NCBI GenBank assembly: GCA_976226885.1
Contig: OZ320318.1
Coordinates: forward strand, 55,118,001 to 55,182,000
Origin: Iphione sp. A-MEVVRFRX5
Lineage: Eukaryota
Length of the DNA stretch: 64,000 bases
Direction of reading: 5' to 3'
The notes beneath the pieces were generated by a model. The model saw only the letters and a program-made list of their open reading frames with translations, searched no databases and was not told the DNA's origin. The position numbers were made by a program, and so were the translations under genes. This document shows positions 56,731-64,000 of the stretch, piece after piece; position 1 is the stretch's first letter; every line of letters starts with the position of its first letter.

Positions 56731-59700
56731 CTATGGTACACAGCAGCGATACTATATTTGATTCCTCCATCAGGGGTGCTGTAAACATTCAGGCAAGATC
56801 ACTGAGGTACAAGGGTTTCAAAGCATGGAAGGCCCTCCCTAGGTCTGATAGAGACGTAGGATTTAAAAACCATTGTGTGATTTTAAAAATGTTATAAGAA
56901 AGAATTATATTGCACTATTGTAACTTTTGTACATATACTTCTAAATCTATTTCCTGTCATTTATTTTTGTAGTATTACCTTCACTGGAAGACCTCCTGTC
57001 CTGAGTTAATCAAGAAGTAAATAAAAGAATTTCAAATCCAAATGGGTCACTAAAGGAACAGTCCGGGCTGGATCTGAAAAAGCTCCAGGTGGAGGCAGTA
57101 CCCTTGGAGCAGTGGTGGTTGTAGCCTGCTATGAGATCCTGACAATTCAAGAAGTCTGTGAATTTGACAATCTTGTAATCATATAGGTATTCTCTTGCTA
57201 GGTTCTCACATGACGAAATACTGGTCTAGCATAGATATCAGAACAGAGAGGAAGGATAGGGTTCTAGGGTGTGTGGTCAGGACAATAGGAAATTTCCAAC
57301 ATCTGCAGCTCTGCTTCATTGCTAGTTTCATTTTTTAGTAAGAATCTCAAAGGAAAACTGCAAGACTGTGTGACAGAACATTGCAGATCAGTAGGCTAAC
57401 ATGAGTGGGAACTGTGAGAAGGCGGCACACTGGATATTCAAACCAGTAATGTAATTGAAGTATGATGCTTCCTCAATCTGCAACATGTTGTTTGATGACA
57501 AACTTCTCTGGTAATACATTTGTACCATTAGAAGAAAATGAATCATGGCAATAAAGATCACATCTCTGCTTAATAGGATGAACCTTGTGTGAATCAAACT
57601 CGAGTTTATGTCCAGCTGACTGGACTCTTACAGATGCCAGTGCACTTTCGCTGTTACTCAGGGACAGCAACTATGATTTAACTTGCTTAGAGATGATTTG
57701 TTTTGTACTGGAATAATTGCCTAGTGATGAATTTGTAATGTAACCAAACTTTATCAAGTATTACCTTAGATATGATTCTGATTGTTATATAACGTATATA
57801 GATGTATATCGACATGTCTAGTAGTTGTGGGCTAGCGGCCCCATTTTTCTACTTAATGCAGTGTCTTGCCTTGATTTATACATATACTAGTCAGGAAGCC
57901 ACTTTTGTTTCTGTTTGATTGTGTTACATTTTTTATTCCCACGAAAAAATCTGTCCTGATGAGAATGAGAATAAACATAATCAATTCAATTCAAGTGTTC
58001 TAATAAAGATTTAATTACTCAGTATATGGAATCAATCTAATATAAAGGTGTCACTTGGGTATAGTCGTAAACTTTCAGGGAATATAAATACCTGTAACAC
58101 ACAATACATGCATTTTAATGCTTACATGATAAAATTATACGATGAAACCTCTAATCAGGACCTACTCACTTCCTTACCCTGCTGCCTGTAATTGAAGGAT
58201 CGCCGATTTACGTAATAATGTCCAAATAACGCCATGTCTCTGACAGTTTCCTGCCTGCTAAACAGCAAACTGTACGTACATTCGTGTTGCATTCTTTTGA
58301 CTTTATTACGTGATGTAACAATTTGTCGATTGAAAAGTATCAAGATTAGGAATATTGTGTCCCGAACCCACTTTCCTCCAATCCTGACGTATATTATGAC
58401 ATTGAAGGGAACAAACACCTACAGAGGAAAGTCCCTGATCATGACACACTTAGATCTTTCACTAACTGTCCCTATTTGCGACATATTTCCGTTAGAGGCC
58501 ACTTAAAATCGATGTGCATGTAGTATATAATCTGTTCTTTCTTAGAGCGCCCTGATAGGAGAGGTGTCCCACTTGGAGACGTGTTCATGATATGGCTATC
58601 CATCTGCTTTTAAATAGATTAGGCGACGTATTAAGTCCACAGGCCTCACACATCTTGGTGTAGCTACTTTGTCTGTCATCATCGTCTCCTCAAAACCTTT
58701 CCACATGTTGACTCTCTGATGGAAAACGTCACCTGACATAATAGGAGTGTAATTATGCATCTATTCATAATTCATGTATGTATTTATGCATCTATTCATA
58801 ATTCATGTATGTCCAGATTTATCTGCAAAACCAAAAATTTGGTAATATTATATGAAAATAGAAAAATGCAAAAATCACGACTAGTCAGTCAACCTTTCTC
58901 TCTTTGGTATAAAAACCTTTGCTATTCAAGTAAATCTCCGACCTCTCATGTGTTACCTTGGGAAATCTCTAGAATGATACTCTAATGGATCCCTTCATCT
59001 TCTGTGTAAGAGTCGCTTATTTACTCTTTGTCATACCTTCCTCCAGAAAGGATCCATTTTCATTGCTTGGCTTATCTGATGTGAAGTGACAATGCTTTAT
59101 GTGACGAAGGCCAAAATACTTTTATTCCAATAATGTGGACTATGGGGTAAGGAACGCTTCTTGTACACACGAATAAATGATATCTGTGTTATGTTGACCC
59201 AACAGACCGTATTTTCCTTTGTTTCTTATCTTTAAGTAGCCTTTTCCAGAATACGTAGAGCCACAAATGTAACTTTCCATTATTTGTAGTTCCTTTTGGT
59301 CAGGGTTTGTGCTTATATGGTCCCTTTTGTGGGAAACATGCTAAAAGTAAGGGTCACTAGAAATTAATTGAGCATTTAGTGTTAAATTTTGGATTGCCTG
59401 GCATATACGTGTAGCTTTATCACTAACATTCATTGTTAATTTCAGCTTCGTACCATATACTTTACATGGGTTTTTTTACTTTTGTGGTTTGAAGATAGTA
59501 TAAACATAAATATGTTTGTTAAGTGTATGTTTACTAAAACCACGAGTGTGATATGCAAATGAAAAGAAAGTTATGCAAGTTACTACCGAATCAAATTTGA
59601 ACATCAATATCGATATGAAGAATGTTTATTTGTAACATGTTTATTTTTTCAACACCGAAAGACTTCACTGAATGGAAGGAAAAGTATTTCAGACAAGGGC

Positions 59701-61643
59701 CTGTCCCAGGTGTCATATAATATCACGGGATCTCGCTAGAGTTGGTGACGTTGAATAGTTTGTATGCAAGTTAATACTGACACGGTGATATTAGCTCGAA
59801 ACGGTAGAAGTAGTCTGATATGCGCATCCGTAGCTATACCCGACACCTCTTGCTGAATAGCACCAGACATTTACTGTAGGATGACGGCATGTATATATCT
59901 ATATACCTCCCTGAGGTAGATTTAATTAGGGATTTTCAGAGAATCGGCGATGTACAGAGATGTATTCCCAGGTTGGAATATTACACCTATGCTGAGTGTA
60001 CCAAATTTCTCTCTTGGGATGAAATACTATAGTGTACGTCAGTGGAGCTATGCTTCTATCCTGGCCTTATGACCACCAGTAATCATGTACAAACAACAAT
60101 TTAGACAAGTACAGAAATCTGCATTTGTAACGTTCTTTCGGGCACTATTTGAATACCATCCACCAGGATGAAATAGATGTTCAATAAACATTATTCATCT
60201 GAACTCAGCTCAACTCAATACTGTTGATACATTACAGCAGCTTCTACGCTCAGGGGTCAGGCAGAACAAAATATGTCATTACCAAAATGGTCACCAGATG
60301 GCCCACTAATACAGTTCCGTTGCTTGACAGCTGGTTTAGGTGTTTTCCACCAGGTGACAGACTCAGATCACGGCCGTGGAGGAGCGGTGGTTCAGATGTA
60401 TAACCTCCTATCCTAGACAGTTATGCTTATCATGTACCTATCAGCATCTCTGAAGAGTAACTAGCCTACTACTGGACGCCTCCCTCTCTACATTAAACGG
60501 AATTTCAAATATATCTAAAAATTACCCCCACCCCTGTTCCACCTGTCTTACTTCCTCTCGCTCCTTCTGCCAAGATCGTTGCTCTCTTCAGCATGTGGAA
60601 CCCTTAATTAAAGGCTGAGGGTTTGAGGCCACAAGGTGGAACGTATATACACATCTGTGTGGCGTGTAGACGAAGCACCTCCTTCACTATTCTCTGGCCC
60701 TGGTATGTAACACTTGAACTAGTTGACCCTTTACTAGCTATTATGACCTATTCGCACATGCCCCACATACTCTCATTTATGATTCAGCACCGCTGGCGTT
60801 TCATGCCAAATTCAAAGAATGTATTACCGAGACCATTAAGGTGAACGCCCCCGCAGCAGAAACCGCAATTCACACTTGCCAATAGCAATTTACTAGTGTA
60901 TCACCCGACCAGCGTCTGGAACAGTCACCAATGAAAGCGGGTGTTTCGTACCAGTACTCCCTTTCTCTTGATGATCGGTGAAGAAACATCACTGCATACA
61001 CTAACATATGATTGTACAGTGTGTGCAAAAGATCCTGTAGGAAAGGAACTATGTCAGTTTTGTTGATAAAGAGACAAACCTTACCAACAACCTATAGTGT
61101 ATGAAGTTTGACGAGGCCGGCACGCCATCTTGTGTTAACGCGAGCACCATGTTGTATGTAGAATGAACTAGCTAAGTTACGGTGCATAGATGCTTGATTC
61201 ATCTTTAGTCGCAATGCAGTAGTATTGATTGCATTTCAGGAAAGCCCATTCTGCTCCAAAAGCTTCCTGTTATTTGATATCTAATACATGTATTTGCTAA
61301 ACCGTACCACTCTCGTAATTTGTCATTGCCTTTAAATCAAACTAAATAGCATTATATATTTATCACTAAGTTATAGGTTTTAAAATATTAAACTAAAACA
61401 TTGTATCGGCAATGCTTTGATGGAAATCCATATTAAAAAGTTTCTTTTGTTCACTTTTAGTGTTTCAAATACTAGCTATGGAATGACGCCGGTTAAAAAA
61501 TCAACTCTCGCTGTACAGGGCAAAATAAGACCAGTCAACCTTAACAGAGATACTCACACACACCCGTCTATATAATCATATATAAACGTATATACAAACA
61601 TACGAAAGGAAACGTATTTGTTCCCAAAGGGAGGGTGACGTAC

Positions 61644-61745
61644 CTTTGCGTTGTACTCCTGCTCCTTGAAGACCATGTGACTGTCTCCATTTGCTCGCTC
61701 ATAGTCGATGGGCTGACCCTCAGGCTCATAGGCCGGGTTGGCAAA
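61644..61745 (-). CDS. Candidate coding exon with an NPxY motif (FANPAYEPEGQPIDYERANGDSHMVFKEQEYNAK)
   Basis: Acceptor atatttttcAG, donor GTACGT, 102 nt phase 0-0, protein-like composition in an otherwise AT-rich region. The gene it belongs to is unresolved. Confidence 0.45.
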
Positions 61746-63792
61746 CTGAAAAATATTGGGTATATTGTTGGAAAGATTCCTTCGGAAACGTTGCATAAAC
61801 GTAGCAAATGTATTGGATAGGGTATAGTTTCACCATTTAATATATTACGCTTCACTATGTATTACGGTCATGAAAAGCATGCCATGATAAAGTTGCAATC
61901 ACTTGCTGAGATCTAAGACAGACATATAAACCATAAATGAGTCAAATAAAGCAGCCGTGAAGTATGACGCTAATGACTCTTACTATAAAGCCAGACTAGC
62001 CCTTTTTGTATGACAAATTTCAAATGATATAATTTTAAAGGTATGTTTCCTAAAACAAACCGTTTTTATTTCACGGGACTACTTTACGTGTGTCTTAGGT
62101 TTTATTTATTGTTGCTGCGTAAACCAAGAGACAGTTATAGCCAGTCCAATTCAGTTTTGAGGAAAGTTAAGGGATGCTGTTATATTAATTTATCGGATGC
62201 CATTGGAGATAACATGGATCGAGACCTTTGCCCCCCCCCCCTCGTAATATAAATGTTGTCTGTTCGTAGGTGTTGGGGATATCTCCGTTCTAAAATATAT
62301 TTGATTCTTGGAATTGATATGTTAAAGAGCCGAAGTAAAACATAACCCATGATCTGTGCGCTTTTGGAACATTCAAACGGATCGATGCTTATTTCAAACC
62401 CTGTCATGAATACAACCGGCAGTAAAGAATACAATATTAATGATTGTTTTGATAATCTTACGAGGAGCTTATGTCAACTTCAAGGATGGACTACAAGCCG
62501 TGCGATCAGCTATCATGAAAGTATATCTAAAATGAATACAATTTGTACCACTGCTGCCAAATCCGTCACATAGTCATATTAAATAGTATTCAACGGATAT
62601 GTTACCAATGTGTGGCCTTATACCAAACCGGCAGTACGATGTTTTCATTCACTGATGCACGTGTGCATACAGCAATGCTCCAAACCGGGCCAGCCATACA
62701 CAGAGGAACTCATGTATTTAAACATGCTGAAAACATCCCGACGAAAGTAGGTGAGTAGACATCTTGGTCGACCACCCTAAACCGAAAGATGAATTACCGA
62801 AAATAAGAGGGCCTGGATTGTTTGTAAGAATACATGCTCAGCTGCGTCTTTAGAAAAAGATGAAACAGCTGCAACATCACGCCATCGGTTACAACATAGG
62901 GCACGCCCTTGAGGTCAGAAAATAAACCAGCTTCCACTGCTCCCCACTGCTAACCACGTACATCTTCTACCCCACTTGGCACACGCTTTTTTTCTGCGGA
63001 ATTCTGACCCTTTAACATCCATCCGTGGGCTGGCATTCCTAAGATTCCCTTTTATGACGCGACTCCATTCTACAAGTGACTACATTTACTGCCTCTAATA
63101 ATCACACGGGGTTGGAAGCTATGAAGATGGAGTTTGTCTGGAATTTTTTTTAAATATTTGGAAAAAAACGATAATTCTTTTCCTTACTATTTTTCATCGT
63201 TCATTTTAGAACGTTTTCAGTATGTACCAAACACATTACAAACCCTCGAGTGTTATTGACAAGGTTTTGTAAAGAATCGTGTCCTTGGAAACCCATACTC
63301 TAGCCAACACGGAAATCTGTCTTGTGATGGATATCATTCACTTTTACAGATCCGTACAGTATATATTCAATAATAGTTACCAATGATATTTATTTAGAAA
63401 GTGAAAAATATCTACAATTTTTTTTACTCGGTGAACTGTAATGGCCCAAACAAACCCTCTAACCACAGTTCATGTACACCACAAGTTTGTAGAGATATAA
63501 TCGAGTAGGTTCTCATTGGTAAGTATAAAGTTTAGGATAATAAAACTGGGGTTAAGAACAGTTTTTGTCGCTGGATGTTAACGTGTCTGATAAAGGGGCT
63601 TGATAATGACCGGGCCGTTGGGCACATTGTAACATTCAGAAATAAAAGGCTTATTTCATTTAACTGACAACATCATTGATTTTGATAAGAGCAATACAAT
63701 TTTAATTGAGTTCATTACCCTGATACTGATATACATTGTGTAATTTTCTCAGGTAAGTCCAATGTTCGTTTTTCTCTGTTATTAATAGGGGT

Positions 63793-64000
63793 GGGGAGTT
63801 AGCTCAGTGGTAGAGCACTGGTCCGCTGACTGAGAGGTTGCAGGTTCAATCCCGGGCCTGGGACTCCTGATCACGACCAGACAGATTTACTGTAGCCCCA
63901 ACCCAGAGTGGTCCACAACTCGTAAAAAGGCCGTGGGTGTATAGGATTCTGTCCCCTATACACAAAAAGACCCCAGAAACCTATTCGAAATAAGAGTAGG
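63793..64000 (+). mobile_element. tRNA-derived SINE (truncated by window edge)
   Basis: GGGGAGT-TAGCTCAGTGG (A box 63800) and GGTTCAATCC (B box 63843), but anticodon and T stems do not pair and there is no acceptor 3' strand. Continues into a non-tRNA body. Confidence 0.7.

Noticed and set aside
63793-63870. tRNA gene
   Set aside because: A and B boxes are present, but the anticodon stem (CTGGT/CTGAG), T stem and acceptor stem do not pair; better explained as a SINE head.

Overview
Animal genomic DNA: AT-rich introns, GT-AG splicing, probably a marine invertebrate, though the taxon cannot be fixed from sequence. There is one assembly gap (40709-40843). (1) The minus strand of 1721-30327 holds a gene of at least 27 exons that I could splice in one continuous frame (4781 nt, about 1593 codons, running off the left edge). 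It encodes a type II membrane mosaic protein: cytoplasmic tail - TM - SEA - Thr-rich mucin - Frizzled CRD - 7 SRCR - 2 more Frizzled CRDs. An in-frame signal-peptide-like start suggests a secreted isoform. (2) 46105-56730 is a complete, apparently very young 10.6-kb Ty3/Gypsy LTR retrotransposon on the minus strand, with identical 442-bp LTRs, CTAT TSD, tRNA-Leu PBS, PPT, and gag/pol joined by a GGGAAAC -1 frameshift plus pseudoknot. Its 5.2-kb post-pol region has no env. Instead it carries two divergent accessory genes flanking an internal tandem-repeat promoter-like block: a 513-aa C2H2 zinc-finger protein (sense) and a four-exon spliced ANTISENSE gene with its own TATA box and poly(A) signal, encoding a 267-aa acidic protein with no lysine. 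This complex-retrovirus-like accessory module is the main candidate for an undescribed system. (3) Smaller repeats include a 5'-truncated CR1/L2-group LINE nested in a PIF/Harbinger-like MITE, a related MITE, a degenerate Penelope-type hammerhead ribozyme and a tRNA-derived SINE at the right edge. All splice models, motifs and alignments were done by eye and need computational and RNA confirmation.
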